From Rhodospirillaceae bacterium (GTDB lineage: Bacteria > Pseudomonadota > Alphaproteobacteria > Bin65): DNA of 64,000 nucleotides. The translations under genes and the position numbers were made by a program. The stretch is from assembly GCA_009840595.1 (NCBI GenBank), contig VXNK01000005.1, positions 18,467 through 82,466 of the forward strand. The letters run 5' to 3'. The notes beneath the pieces were generated by a model. The model was given only the letters and a program-made list of their open reading frames with translations, was not told where the DNA came from and searched no databases. Shown here one piece after another: positions 47,667 to 58,167 of this stretch. The number at the start of each line of letters is the position of its first letter. The first letter of the stretch is position 1.

Positions 47667-47717
47667 CTGTCGCGCCGGAAAGCGAATTACTCCGCCGGAT
47701 CGTCAAGGATCCGGCGA

Positions 47718-48581
47718 CTACGGCCCTCCGGGGCCGGTCAGGTTATAGGCGCCGCCGGGATGGGACGTGTCGCCGCCGGCCCCGCGGCGCGTCATTTCGG
47801 CGATCCAGATTTCGTCCCATTCGAGATTGGCGAGATTGACCTCCGTTCCGAGCTCCCTGACCAGCCACGCGGTCACCCTGTGCTTGTATTCCCGGCTGAC
47901 GCCCGGAAGGATGACGACCGGCAGTTCGAAGATGACCTTTTCCAGGCCAAACCGCTGCGCGATCGACCGGATCAGGTCCGCCCGGATGCGCTCGCCGGAG
48001 AAGAACTCGTAGGCTTCCAGGAACACCAGCGCGGCGCCGGCCTCGAAGCAGGCGTCGAGATCGGCCAGGACCCGGCTGTCGTCGAGCGTCCCCTCTTTCT
48101 TGCCGACCTCGCCGAGAACGCGAAGGCCGAAATCCCGGCGCGCCGAGGCGATGAGCTGCTTCTTTTCTTCCAAGCTCCAGTCCAGCAGATTGTCGGAAAC
48201 CTCGACGGCGTCGAAGCCGAGGCGCGCCAGGTTTTCGAACAGGGCCTGCACCCGGCCCTGCATGACCGCCAGTTCCACGAACAGCCCGCCCTGCGAGGTG
48301 CTGATGTCCGCCTCGCGGTAGAGGCGCAGCTTCTCGAGCAGGAGCGCTTCATCCATCAGCCCCGCGATGCTTCCCGCGATCTTCGCCATATCGATGAACG
48401 GGCCCGCCGTCTTCACGACGTCCGCCTGGTGCAGGGGCGGCAGGCCCCAATCGATCATCATGGTCAGGCCGCGGTTGCGCGGTTTCGGCTGGCGCGCCGG
48501 CATCCGGACGCCGAGAACCGTCTCGGTCGCCTGCGCCGCCGCCGAAGCTCCGGTCCCGGGTGAATTGTCCGCCGAGGGCAT
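47718..48581 (-). CDS. Phosphosulfolactate synthase (ComA)/HSA32 family protein
   Basis: KPRNRGLTMMIDWGL, FIDMAK, GFDAVEVSD, EVGKK, VIFELP, NLANL. Confidence 0.85.
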   Translation of the reverse strand: MPSADNSPGTGASAAAQATETVLGVRMPARQPKPRNRGLTMMIDWGLPPLHQADVVKTAGPFIDMAKIAGSIAGLMDEALLLEKLRLYREADISTSQGGLFVELAVMQGRVQALFENLARLGFDAVEVSDNLLDWSLEEKKQLIASARRDFGLRVLGEVGKKEGTLDDSRVLADLDACFEAGAALVFLEAYEFFSGERIRADLIRSIAQRFGLEKVIFELPVVILPGVSREYKHRVTAWLVRELGTEVNLANLEWDEIWIAEMTRRGAGGDTSHPGGAYNLTGPGGP

Positions 48582-48622
48582 GCGCCGGATTCTGTCGGGT
48601 CAGCCGCGCAGCCGCCGCGCGC

Positions 48623-49825
48623 TTAACGGGCCAGCGCGGCGATGTCCCCGTCCGCCGCCGCCCATTCGACGAGCCGCGCGACATAGCGGGCGCCGGCTTC
48701 GAGCTGGGCGATTTCGATGAATTCGTCGGGCTTGTGGGCCTGGGCGATGTCGCCGGGGCCGCACACGACGGCCGGGATGTCCGCCTCCTCGAACAGGCCG
48801 GCCTCTGTGCCGTAGGCGACCTTCTCGGTATGGTTGGCCCCGGTCAGCTTGCGCGCCAGCGCGACCGCCGGCGAGCCGGCGCCGGCCTGCATCGGCGGCG
48901 ACAGGGCCGTTACGGCTGTCTCGATGTTCGCGTCCGGCGAAACCGCCCGCATTTCCGGCAGCAGTTCACCGCGGACATAGTCGTCGAGCGGCTCCAGCAC
49001 CTCTTCCGGCCTGACGCCCGGAATCGGCCGGAACTCCCAGTCGAAACGGCAATGGCGGGGCACGATGTTGACCGCGCTGCCGCCCTCGATGACGCCGATG
49101 TTGAAGGTGGTCCAGGGCGGCGTGAAGCCGTCGTCGGTCCGCCCCGCGCGGCGCAGGCCGTCGACGATCTCCTCGATCCTGCCGATGATCCTCAGGGCGC
49201 AGACGACGGCGCTCACCGCCTCGTGCGGCCGGCTGGAATGGGCCTCCAGGCCGGTGACGGTCGTCTGCATCGCGGCGATGCCCTTGTGGCCGTCGACGAC
49301 GCGCATCGAGGTCGGCTCGCCGACCAGGACGAGCGCGGGCTTCGGCAGGTCCCGGCCCAGCCGCTCGATCAGGTGCGGCACGCCCTTGCAGCCGACCTCC
49401 TCGTCGAAGGAAAAGGCGAAATGGACCGGCGCCTTGAGGTCCGCGGCCTTCAGGGCCGGCGCCATGGCGAGCGCGATGGCGATGAAGCCCTTCATGTCCG
49501 CCGTGCCGCGGCCGTAGAGCCTGCCGTCCCGCTCCGTCAGCTCGAACGGGTCCGACGACCAGGGCTGGCCGGCGACGGGGACCACGTCGGTATGGCCCGA
49601 AAGGGCCACGCCGCCCGCTCCTCCGCCGGGGCCGTTGCCGCCGATCGTCGCGTACAGGTTCGCCTTGGTCTCGTCGGCGCCCGGCGCGAGGCGGCTCTCG
49701 ATGCCGAGGCCGTCGAGATAGTCCCGGATCCAGTCGAGCATCGGCATGTTGGACTTCGACGAGGTCGTATCGAAGCCGACGATGGTTTCCAGGATCGAGC
49801 GGATTTCGGCCAGGCGCGCGGTCAG
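48623..49825 (-). CDS. argE: Acetylornithine deacetylase (M20)
   Basis: GFDTTS, SGHTDVVP, GRGTADMKG, FDEEVGC, GEPT, AHKPDE; start inferred as CTG after AAGGA. Confidence 0.9.
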   Translation of the reverse strand: MTARLAEIRSILETIVGFDTTSSKSNMPMLDWIRDYLDGLGIESRLAPGADETKANLYATIGGNGPGGGAGGVALSGHTDVVPVAGQPWSSDPFELTERDGRLYGRGTADMKGFIAIALAMAPALKAADLKAPVHFAFSFDEEVGCKGVPHLIERLGRDLPKPALVLVGEPTSMRVVDGHKGIAAMQTTVTGLEAHSSRPHEAVSAVVCALRIIGRIEEIVDGLRRAGRTDDGFTPPWTTFNIGVIEGGSAVNIVPRHCRFDWEFRPIPGVRPEEVLEPLDDYVRGELLPEMRAVSPDANIETAVTALSPPMQAGAGSPAVALARKLTGANHTEKVAYGTEAGLFEEADIPAVVCGPGDIAQAHKPDEFIEIAQLEAGARYVARLVEWAAADGDIAALAR

Positions 49826-49829
49826 GGGG

Positions 49830-51275
49830 TTATTCCTTCCAGAAAGAGGGCAGGAACAGGACCAATACCGCAAATATCTCCAGCCGGCCAATCAGCATGC
49901 CGGCCGAGAGCAGCCATTTCGCCGTGTCGTTCAGACCGGTGTAGCTGCTCTCCGGCCCGATGATCGGCCCCAGCCCCGGCCCGACGTTGGCGATGGCGCT
50001 GGCCGCGCCGGACAGCGCGGTGATCGGGTCCAGCCCGGTCATGCCCAGCAAGACCGCCAGAAACCCGAAGGACAGGCCGAAGAACAGCAGGAAGCCCATG
50101 ACCGACTGGGCGACCTCGTCGGTGATCGGCCGGTGGTTGTAGTAGGGGATGAACACGCCGCGCGGCTGCACGAGGCGCGACACCTGGGCCCGGCCGACCG
50201 CATAGGCGACCTGGAAGCGGAAGATCTTGATGCCGCACGTCGTCGATCCGGCGCAGCCGCCGACGAACATCAGCAGGAAGAACACGGCGAAGGGAAACGG
50301 CCCCCACTTGTCGAAGCCTTCGGTGGCATAGCCGGTGCCGGTCATCACCGAGGTCACGTTGAACGCCGCCTTGGTGATCGCCGCGCCCATGCTCTCGCCG
50401 CGGTCGAACACCAGCCACAGGAAGACCAGCAGAACCGCCACGGCGAGAACGCCCAGAAACACCCGCACCTGGCTGTCCTTTGCCAGCGGGTCGAACCGGC
50501 CGCGCACGGCGTCGATGTAGAAGACGAACGGCAGGCTGCCGACGATCATGGCCCCGAACAGGATCCACTGGATCGACGGCGGATAGGCCCCGATCGAGGC
50601 GTCGCGGGTCGAGAAGCCGCCGGTGGCGATGCTCGTCATCGCGTGGTTGACGGCGTCGAACGGCGCCATCTGCGCGCCCCACAGGACGGTCGCCGTCAGC
50701 ATGGTCAGGCCGATATAGACGGCGCCGATGCCGGCCGCGAGCTGCGCGGCGCGCGGCAGCACCTTTTCCGGCGTCTCGAAGGCCTCGGTGCGGAACAGCT
50801 GCATGCCGCCGACCCGCAGCACCGGCAGGAACGCCAAGGCGAACACGATGATGCCGATGCCGCCGAGCCATTGCAGGATCGACCGCCACAGCAGGATGCC
50901 CGGCGGCGCGTTGTCCAGGCCGATGATGACCGTGGCGCCGGTCGTCGTAATGCCCGACATCGCTTCGAAAAACGCGTCGGTATAGGACATTTCGAGCTTG
51001 GAAAAAGCGAAGGGCAGCGCCGAAAAGGCGGCGATGATCAGCCAGCTCAGAACGGTGAAGGCGAAGGCCTGGCGCAGGTTGAGCCGGAACCCCTCGGCCC
51101 GGTTCGCCAGGATCAGCGAGATGCCGACGAACAGCGTCACCCCGGCCGCCTTGACGAACGCGGACCAGTCCTCTTCGCCCAGCGACAGGTCCACCGCGAC
51201 GGGCACGAGCATGATCAGGGCGAGAATCGCCAGCAGCACGCCGCAGATGAAGAAGACCGGTCGAAGATCCAGCAA
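49830..51275 (-). CDS. trkH: TrkH potassium uptake permease
   Basis: FEAMSGITTTGA, LQWLGGIGI, ATGGFS, GCAGSTTCGIK, NVGPGLG, GRLE. Confidence 0.97.
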   Translation of the reverse strand: MLDLRPVFFICGVLLAILALIMLVPVAVDLSLGEEDWSAFVKAAGVTLFVGISLILANRAEGFRLNLRQAFAFTVLSWLIIAAFSALPFAFSKLEMSYTDAFFEAMSGITTTGATVIIGLDNAPPGILLWRSILQWLGGIGIIVFALAFLPVLRVGGMQLFRTEAFETPEKVLPRAAQLAAGIGAVYIGLTMLTATVLWGAQMAPFDAVNHAMTSIATGGFSTRDASIGAYPPSIQWILFGAMIVGSLPFVFYIDAVRGRFDPLAKDSQVRVFLGVLAVAVLLVFLWLVFDRGESMGAAITKAAFNVTSVMTGTGYATEGFDKWGPFPFAVFFLLMFVGGCAGSTTCGIKIFRFQVAYAVGRAQVSRLVQPRGVFIPYYNHRPITDEVAQSVMGFLLFFGLSFGFLAVLLGMTGLDPITALSGAASAIANVGPGLGPIIGPESSYTGLNDTAKWLLSAGMLIGRLEIFAVLVLFLPSFWKE

Positions 51276-51460
51276 GGGGAATCCGCTTTCGAAAAAGGCC
51301 GGTGCCGGCCCGGCCGCTTCGCCCCGCCGGAGCCGCCTGCGCGCTACGGACTATAATCCGCCGGGCGCGGCGGGCAAAGCGGGTCCGGCCTGCCGAGTTC
51401 TTTTTCAGGAATTCCGGAGCAACGCCAGTGCGGGGGCGGTGCGGGGCGCGGCGCTTCGGC

Positions 51461-52066
51461 CTAACCGCCGTTCCCGATCATGGTCAGGAATTCGCGCCGG
51501 GTCGCCGGGTCGTCCCGGAACGCACCGAGCATGCGGCTGGTCACCATGCCGGCGCCCGACTTGTGCACGCCGCGGGTCGTCATGCACTGGTGCGACGCCT
51601 CGATGACGACGGCGACGCCGCGCGGGTCGAGCACTTCCTGCATCGTGTTGGCGATCTGGGCGGTCAGCTTCTCCTGAATCTGCAGCCGTCTGGCATAGGC
51701 GTCGACCAGCCGGGCGATCTTGCTGATCCCGACGACCCGGTTCTTCGGCAGATAGCCGACATGGGCCTTGCCGACGATCGGCACCATATGGTGCTCGCAA
51801 TGGGATTCGACGCGGATATCGCGCAGCACGACGATCTCGTCGTAGCCTTCGGTCTCGGAAAAGGTCCGGCTGAGGAAATCCACCGGATCGACGGCATAGC
51901 CGGAGAAGAACTCCTCATAGGCGCGGACCACCCTGGCCGGCGTTTCGAGCAGGCCTTCGCGGTCCGGGTCGTCGCCGGTCCAGCGCAGCAGGGTGCGGAC
52001 CGCCGCTTCGGCTTCCCGGCGTGAAGGGCGTGAAAGGTGGCGGACGACGGGTGAACTGTCGTTCAT
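51461..52066 (-). CDS. folE: GTP cyclohydrolase I
   Basis: [40 protein letters not shown]. Confidence 0.98.
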   Translation of the reverse strand: MNDSSPVVRHLSRPSRREAEAAVRTLLRWTGDDPDREGLLETPARVVRAYEEFFSGYAVDPVDFLSRTFSETEGYDEIVVLRDIRVESHCEHHMVPIVGKAHVGYLPKNRVVGISKIARLVDAYARRLQIQEKLTAQIANTMQEVLDPRGVAVVIEASHQCMTTRGVHKSGAGMVTSRMLGAFRDDPATRREFLTMIGNGG

Positions 52067-52166
52067 GGCAATGTCCCGGATGGGCGGTCATGCCAACCGC
52101 CGCGGCTCGGCAACCGGCCGGCGCCGTCGACAGAGGCGGGTGGAGCGGAGACGGGCGCGAACACGG

Positions 52167-53768
52167 CTAGATCGGCAGGGATTGCGGCCGGGAGCGCCGC
52201 CACCAGCCGACCACGAGCAGCCGCGTCACCATGATCGCCGTGAACATGGAGGTGGCCAGCCCGATCGACAGGGTGACGCCGAAGCCCTGCACCGGTCCGG
52301 AGCCGAACAGGAACAGCAGCAGCGCGGCGATGAAGGTCGTCAGGTTGGAGTCGATGATGGTGGTGAGCGCGCGGCGGTAGCCGGTGTCGATTGCCGAGAG
52401 CGGCGTGCGCCCGGCGCGGACTTCCTCGCGGATGCGCTCGAAAATCAGCACGTTGGCGTCGACCGCCATGCCGATCGTCAGCACGATGCCGGCGATGCCG
52501 GGCAGCGTCAGGGTCGCCTGCAGCAGCGAGAGCGCCGCGGCGATCAGCACCAGGTTGGTCAGCAGCGCGACATTGGCGAAAAGGCCGAACCGGCCGTAGG
52601 CCATCACGACGAAAACGACGACGAGGATCAGGCCGATGATGCAGGCGATCTTGCCGGCGTCGATCGAATCCTGGCCCAGTTCGGCGCCGACCTGGCGCTG
52701 CTCCTCGATGCTGAGCGGCGCCGGCAGGGCGCCGGCGCGCAGCAGGAGGGCCAGTTCGTTCGCCGACTGGATGGTGAACCGGCCGGTGATGATGCCGGAG
52801 CCGCCGCAGATCGCCGACTGGATCACCGGCGCGGAAATCACCTCATTGTCCAGAACGATGGCAAACGGCTTGTCGACATTGGCCGTGGTGATCTTGCAGA
52901 ACTGGCGGGCGCCGGCCGTATCGAAGCGGAACGCCACGACGGGCCGGCCGTCCTGGAAGGACTGGCTGGCGTCGACGATATGCTGGCCGTCCAGCGCCAC
53001 CTCCTCGACCAGCAGGTAACGCTCCCGGTAGCCGTCCTCGCTGTCGACCAGGATGTAGCCGGGCGGCGCTTCGGTTGTCTGCATTCCGTCCAGCGACGGG
53101 TGCAGCAGGTGGAAGGTCATTTTCGCCGTCGTGCCGATTTTCCGGCGCAGCGATTCCGGGTCCTTTTCGCCCGGCACCTGGATCAGGATGCGGTCGTCGC
53201 CCTGGGCCTGGATGATCGGATCGATGGCGCCGGTCGGGTCGATCCGCTGGCGCAGGATTTCGATCGCCTGATCCACCGTGCGGCTGGCGAGCGCCGTTCG
53301 TCCGGTGTCGGTCAGGCGCATCGTGCCGCGGCCGTCGTCGAAATCGAATTCGTAATGGGCGCTGGCGCCGGTCAGGGCGTTGGCGCTGCCGCCGAGATCG
53401 GCAACCACCTCGCGCAGGGCCTGCCGGGCGGTGTCTTCCTGGGACGGGTCGACAAGGCGGAAGGAAACCTGCCGGTCCGTGGCCCGCAGGCGCTGATACT
53501 TCACCCGGTAGTCGGCGCTGCGGAAGGCCCTGCGCACCTGCTTGCGCACATCCTGCAGGCGATCCTTGACGACGTCGCGCAGATCGACCGAATAGAGCAG
53601 GTGAATCCCGCCCTGAAGGTCGAGACCCAGGTTGAAGGTCTGGTTCGGCAGCCAGCCCGGAATCTTCTCCAGGGTACTCCGGGGCAGCGCGTTCGGGATG
53701 GCGAAGGCCAGGCCCATCAGGCAGATGAGGACGACGGCGATCACCTGCCCGCGCGAGATGTTAATCAT
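52167..53768 (-). CDS. secD: Protein translocase subunit SecD
   Basis: LGLDLQGG, AIVLD, LRAGALPAPL, LTLPGIAGIVLTIGMAVDANVLIFERIREE. Confidence 0.98.
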   Translation of the reverse strand: MINISRGQVIAVVLICLMGLAFAIPNALPRSTLEKIPGWLPNQTFNLGLDLQGGIHLLYSVDLRDVVKDRLQDVRKQVRRAFRSADYRVKYQRLRATDRQVSFRLVDPSQEDTARQALREVVADLGGSANALTGASAHYEFDFDDGRGTMRLTDTGRTALASRTVDQAIEILRQRIDPTGAIDPIIQAQGDDRILIQVPGEKDPESLRRKIGTTAKMTFHLLHPSLDGMQTTEAPPGYILVDSEDGYRERYLLVEEVALDGQHIVDASQSFQDGRPVVAFRFDTAGARQFCKITTANVDKPFAIVLDNEVISAPVIQSAICGGSGIITGRFTIQSANELALLLRAGALPAPLSIEEQRQVGAELGQDSIDAGKIACIIGLILVVVFVVMAYGRFGLFANVALLTNLVLIAAALSLLQATLTLPGIAGIVLTIGMAVDANVLIFERIREEVRAGRTPLSAIDTGYRRALTTIIDSNLTTFIAALLLFLFGSGPVQGFGVTLSIGLATSMFTAIMVTRLLVVGWWRRSRPQSLPI

Positions 53769-53830
53769 CCGAGCAAGCCCGCAACCGGTGCAAATCGATC
53801 AGGCGCACAAGCGGGTCCGGGTGCGGCGCG

Positions 53831-54229
53831 TCAGCCCCTCCGGCCGCCGAACAGGCCGCCCAGCAGGCTGCGGCGCCCGCCGGCATCGTTCGCCGCGGCC
53901 GGCTTCTGCCCCGGGCCCGCGCCCTTCTTGTTCAACACGCCCTGAATGGAATTGCGGTCGATCGACACCTTCACCTCGGGCGCGATCTCCATTTCGATTT
54001 CAGGCCCGTCGCCGGCCTTGGTGATCTTGCCGATCAGTCCGCCGCTGGTCACGATCCTGTCGTTGCGCTTGACCGCGGCAACCATTTCGCGATGTTCGCG
54101 CGCGCGTTTCTGCTGGGGCCGGATCATGAAGAAATACATGACCACGAACAGCAGGACGATCATGAGAAGAAACGAAAAATCCGGCGAACCGCCGCCCCCG
54201 GATTGGGCCCAGGCTTCCGAAACCAGCAT
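53831..54229 (-). CDS. yajC: Preprotein translocase subunit YajC
   Basis: YFFMIRPQQKR, IVTSGGLIG. Confidence 0.96.
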   Translation of the reverse strand: MLVSEAWAQSGGGGSPDFSFLLMIVLLFVVMYFFMIRPQQKRAREHREMVAAVKRNDRIVTSGGLIGKITKAGDGPEIEMEIAPEVKVSIDRNSIQGVLNKKGAGPGQKPAAANDAGGRRSLLGGLFGGRRG

Positions 54230-54443
54230 GACCGACTCCCAGATGTCTTGTCTTTGCGCCGGCGCGCCCGAAACGACGCCGTTCGCCGTATGGGCTGCGG
54301 GCGGACCGGCAGGATCGCGCCGATCGTCTGCCGGTTTGACGGAGAGGGCCGGTGCCCGATAGTGTCGCCGGGATCCGACCCGCCGCGGCGCTGTGTTTGC
54401 GGCGGCTTATATAATGTGGTGCCGGACCGATTCACACCCGCCG

Positions 54444-55301
54444 ATGACCGACCCATCCCAACGCGCGCATCTGTCGCGGATCGTCGAAGCCCTCGAAAGG
54501 CTCGCGCCGCCGACCCCGCCTGCCGCGGCGCCGGACGACGGCGACGCCTTCATCTGGCACGCCGACGGCCGGCGGCTCGAGCTAGTCGCCGACGTCAACC
54601 GGGTCGAGATCGACCTGCTGCGCGGCATCGACCGGCAGCGCGACCAACTGCTCGAAAACACTCGCCGCTTCGCCCGCGGACTGCCGGCCAACAACGCGCT
54701 GCTGTGGGGCGCCCGGGGCACGGGCAAGAGCTCGATCGTCAAGGCCGTCCACGCGGCGGTGAACGACGAAACCGCCGGCCGGCTGGCGCTGGTGGAGATC
54801 CATCGGGAGGACATCCCGACCCTTCCCGCGCTTCTGGGCCTTCTGCGCAAGAGCGACCGGCCCTGCATCCTGTTCTGCGACGATCTCTCCTTCGACGGAC
54901 AGGATGCGTCCTACAAGTCGCTGAAGGCGGTGCTGGAGGGCGGCATCGAAGGGCGGCCGGCCAACGTGATCTTCTACGCCACGTCCAACCGGCGCCATCT
55001 GATGCCGCGCGACATGATCGAGAACGAGCGCTCGACGGCGATCGCGCCTTCGGAAGCCGTCGAGGAGAAGGTCTCGCTGTCGGACCGGTTCGGCCTGTGG
55101 CTCGGCTTCCACGCCTGCGATCAGGAAACCTATTTCCAGATCATCGAGGGCTATGCCGGCCGCTACGGCCTCGACATCGGCAGGGACGCGCTGCGCGCCG
55201 AAGCCCGGGAATGGGCGGTGACCCGCGGGTCGCGGTCCGGCCGCGTCGCCTGGCAGTTCGTCCAGGACCTCGCCGGGCGGCTGGGCAAGCGGCTGGATTG
55301 A
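54444..55301 (+). CDS. DUF815 family AAA+ ATPase
   Basis: ANNALLWGARGTGKSS, FCDDLSF, LEGG, YATSNRRHL, EKVSLSDRFGL. Confidence 0.93.
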   Translation: MTDPSQRAHLSRIVEALERLAPPTPPAAAPDDGDAFIWHADGRRLELVADVNRVEIDLLRGIDRQRDQLLENTRRFARGLPANNALLWGARGTGKSSIVKAVHAAVNDETAGRLALVEIHREDIPTLPALLGLLRKSDRPCILFCDDLSFDGQDASYKSLKAVLEGGIEGRPANVIFYATSNRRHLMPRDMIENERSTAIAPSEAVEEKVSLSDRFGLWLGFHACDQETYFQIIEGYAGRYGLDIGRDALRAEAREWAVTRGSRSGRVAWQFVQDLAGRLGKRLD

Positions 55302-55307
55302 TCCGGT

Positions 55308-55943
55308 TCAGCCGACCGTGCCGCTTACCAGCGGGACGAAGCGGACGCCGGTGAGCGGTTCCTCCTCGAAACCCTCCCCGGTGCGTTCGATGCGCCAGAG
55401 GGTCTGCGCCGCGCCTTCGGCGCCGACCGGGATCACCAGGCTGCCGCCGATGCGCAGCTGATCCAGCAGGGCCTGGGGCACCCTGTCCGCCGCCGCCGTC
55501 ACGATGATGCGGTCGAACGGCGCCTGCTCCGGCCAGCCGAGCCCGCCGTCGCCGATCCGCGCCGTAACGTTGCCGATGCCCAGCCTGTCGAAGCGCTGCA
55601 CCGCCTCCAGGTAGAGGTCGCGAATGCGCTCGACGGAATAGACCCGCCGCGCCAGCCGGGCCAGGATCGCCGTCTGGTAGCCGGACCCGGTGCCGATTTC
55701 CAGCACCTTGCAGCGCCGGTCCGGCGCCAGCGCCTGGGTCATCAGGCCGACGATGAGGGGCTGGCTGATCGTCTGGTCGGCGCCGATCGGCAGGGGCCGG
55801 TTGTCATAGGCGCTTTCGCGGAACAGTTCGGGGACGAATTCCTCCCGCGGGGTTTTCTCGATCGCCGTCAGCACGTCCGTCTGCGTCACCCCGCCCTGGC
55901 GGAGTTCCATGATCAGGCGGATTTTGCGGGTTTCGGCGATCAT
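55308..55943 (-). CDS. pcm: Protein-L-isoaspartate O-methyltransferase
   Basis: QTISQP, VLEIGTGSGYQ, GWPEQAPFDRI, VRFVPL. Confidence 0.97.
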   Translation of the reverse strand: MIAETRKIRLIMELRQGGVTQTDVLTAIEKTPREEFVPELFRESAYDNRPLPIGADQTISQPLIVGLMTQALAPDRRCKVLEIGTGSGYQTAILARLARRVYSVERIRDLYLEAVQRFDRLGIGNVTARIGDGGLGWPEQAPFDRIIVTAAADRVPQALLDQLRIGGSLVIPVGAEGAAQTLWRIERTGEGFEEEPLTGVRFVPLVSGTVG

Positions 55944-55986
55944 GCGGGCGGGCGGGCGGTGGCGAAGGGCGGCGGAAAATGCGGAC

Positions 55987-56769
55987 TCAGGCGAAGGCCG
56001 CCTGCAACGTGCGTACCGTGGGGCGGTCGGTCAAATCCAGATGAACCGGCGTGATCGCGGTGTATCCTTCCGCGACCGCCGCGAGATCCGTTTCTGGGCG
56101 GTTCGGCTCCTCGTTGCGCAGCGAGCCGATCCAGTAATAGGGCACGCCGCGCGGATCCTGCCGCTCGACCAGATGGTCGCCGATCTTGCGCCGGCCGAGG
56201 CCGACGACCCGCTCCCCCCTGACCGCCGCCGGCCCGCCTGCGGGAAAATTGACGTTGATGAGCACGCCGTCCGGCCAGCCGGCCTCGACGAGCCGGCGGA
56301 TTATGTCCGGCGCAAAGCGGCGCGCGGTGTCCCAGTCCGGCCGGGCGCCGTCCTCGTAGACCTGGCTGAGCGCGATCGAGGGCACGCCCGTCAACGTGCC
56401 TTCCATCGCGGCGGCGACCGTGCCGGAATAGGTCAGGTCCTCGCCCAGATTGCCGCCCCGGTTGACGCCGGAAAGCGCGAGATCGGGCTTGCGGTCCTTG
56501 AGCAGATGGCCGACCGCCATCAGGACGCAGTCGGTCGGCGTTCCGTCGACCGAGTAGCGGCGCTCGCCGCGTTTCGTCATGCGCAAGGGCCGCCGCAGCG
56601 TCAGCGAATGGCCGGCGCCGCTCTGTTCCTGTTCCGGCGCCACGATCCAGACATCGTCGGACAGCCCGCGCGCGACCCCGGCCAGAATGTCGAGGCCCGG
56701 CGCGTTCGCCCCGTCGTCGTTGGTGACGAGGATACGCGCCTTCGAGAGGTCGGGGATCCGCCGGGTCAA
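55987..56769 (-). CDS. surE: 5'/3'-nucleotidase SurE
   Basis: [31 protein letters not shown]; TTG start overlaps serS stop. Confidence 0.97.
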   Translation of the reverse strand: MTRRIPDLSKARILVTNDDGANAPGLDILAGVARGLSDDVWIVAPEQEQSGAGHSLTLRRPLRMTKRGERRYSVDGTPTDCVLMAVGHLLKDRKPDLALSGVNRGGNLGEDLTYSGTVAAAMEGTLTGVPSIALSQVYEDGARPDWDTARRFAPDIIRRLVEAGWPDGVLINVNFPAGGPAAVRGERVVGLGRRKIGDHLVERQDPRGVPYYWIGSLRNEEPNRPETDLAAVAEGYTAITPVHLDLTDRPTVRTLQAAFA

Positions 56770-58037
56770 GCGGCGATCCTGTCGATCCCGCCCATGTATG
56801 GCCGCAGGGCCTCGGGAACGGCGATCGATCCGTCGGCCTGCTGACAATTCTCCATCACCGCGATGAGCGTGCGGCCGACGGCAAGGCCCGACCCGTTGAG
56901 CGTGTGGACGAAGCGGGTGCCCTTGCCGCCGGCCGGCCGGTAGCGGGCGTTCATCCGCCGGGCCTGGAAGTCGCCGCAGTTCGAGCAACTGGAAATCTCG
57001 CGGTAGGCGCCCTGGCCCGGCAGCCAGACCTCGATATCGTAGGTCTTGCGCGCGCCGAAACCCATATCGCCGGTCGACAGCACCACGACCCGGTAGGGGA
57101 TGCCGAGGCGCTTGAGGATTTCCTCGGCGCAGCCGGTCATGCGTTCGAGTTCGGCCTCCGAGCCGTCCGGGTGCGCGATGCTGACCATTTCGACCTTGGA
57201 AAACTGGTGCTGGCGCAGCATGCCGCGGGTGTCGCGGCCCGCCGCGCCGGCTTCGGAGCGGAAACAGAGGGTGTAGGCCGTGTAGCGCCGCGGCAGGGAA
57301 CTCTCTTCGACGACCTGCCCGGCGGCGAGGTTAGTCAGCGGCACCTCCGCCGTGGGAATCAGCCACATGCCCTCTTCGGTCCGGTACTGGTCCTCGGCGA
57401 ATTTCGGCAACTGGCCGGTGCCGTAGAGCACATGATCGCGCACCAGGACCGGCGGGGAGATTTCGGTGTAGCCGAACTCGCCGGTGTGGGTATCGAGCAT
57501 GAACTGGGCGATCGCCCGCTCCAGCCGGGCCAGCCGGCCGGAGAGCAGAACGAAGCGCGCGCCGCTCAGGCTGGCGGCGGTATCGAAATCCATTTCGCCC
57601 AGCGCTTCGCCGAGCTCGAAATGCTGTTTCGGCTCGAAAGCGAAGTCCGGCCGTTCGCCGACCCGGCGCAACTCGACATTCGCCGCCTCGTCCGGCCCGA
57701 CCGGCACATCTTCGAACGGCAGGTTGGGGATCACTTCGAGCGCCGCGGTCAGCGCCGCTTCGGCCTCTTTCTGCTCGGCCTCCAGTTCGCCGAGCCGGTC
57801 CTTCATCGCGCCGACCCTGGTGATGACGTCCGCAACGTCCCGGCCCTCGGCCTTCGCCCTGCCGATATCCTTCGACAGCGCGTTGCGCTCCGATTGCAGC
57901 GTCTGCGCCTCCGTCTGCGCTTGGCGGCGGCGGGCGTCGAGCGCGGTCAGCGCGGCGCTTTCGGGCGCCAGTCCGCGGCGCGCCAGCGCGGCGTCGAAAG
58001 CATCGGGATTGTCGCGAATCCAGCGGATGTCGTGCAT
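56766..58037 (-). CDS. serS: Seryl-tRNA synthetase
   Basis: [39 protein letters not shown]. Confidence 0.99.
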   Translation of the reverse strand: MHDIRWIRDNPDAFDAALARRGLAPESAALTALDARRRQAQTEAQTLQSERNALSKDIGRAKAEGRDVADVITRVGAMKDRLGELEAEQKEAEAALTAALEVIPNLPFEDVPVGPDEAANVELRRVGERPDFAFEPKQHFELGEALGEMDFDTAASLSGARFVLLSGRLARLERAIAQFMLDTHTGEFGYTEISPPVLVRDHVLYGTGQLPKFAEDQYRTEEGMWLIPTAEVPLTNLAAGQVVEESSLPRRYTAYTLCFRSEAGAAGRDTRGMLRQHQFSKVEMVSIAHPDGSEAELERMTGCAEEILKRLGIPYRVVVLSTGDMGFGARKTYDIEVWLPGQGAYREISSCSNCGDFQARRMNARYRPAGGKGTRFVHTLNGSGLAVGRTLIAVMENCQQADGSIAVPEALRPYMGGIDRIAA

Positions 58038-58167
58038 GGCTCGAAGCGGCTCGGGATCTCGGTCGGGCGCAATTCGCTAACGCATATAGCCGCGCCCGCG
58101 CCCGACATCCACCGTCACCCGCCGGCCCGGCGAATGGGTCGCGCGCCGCGCGCCGCAGGCCGACGAC

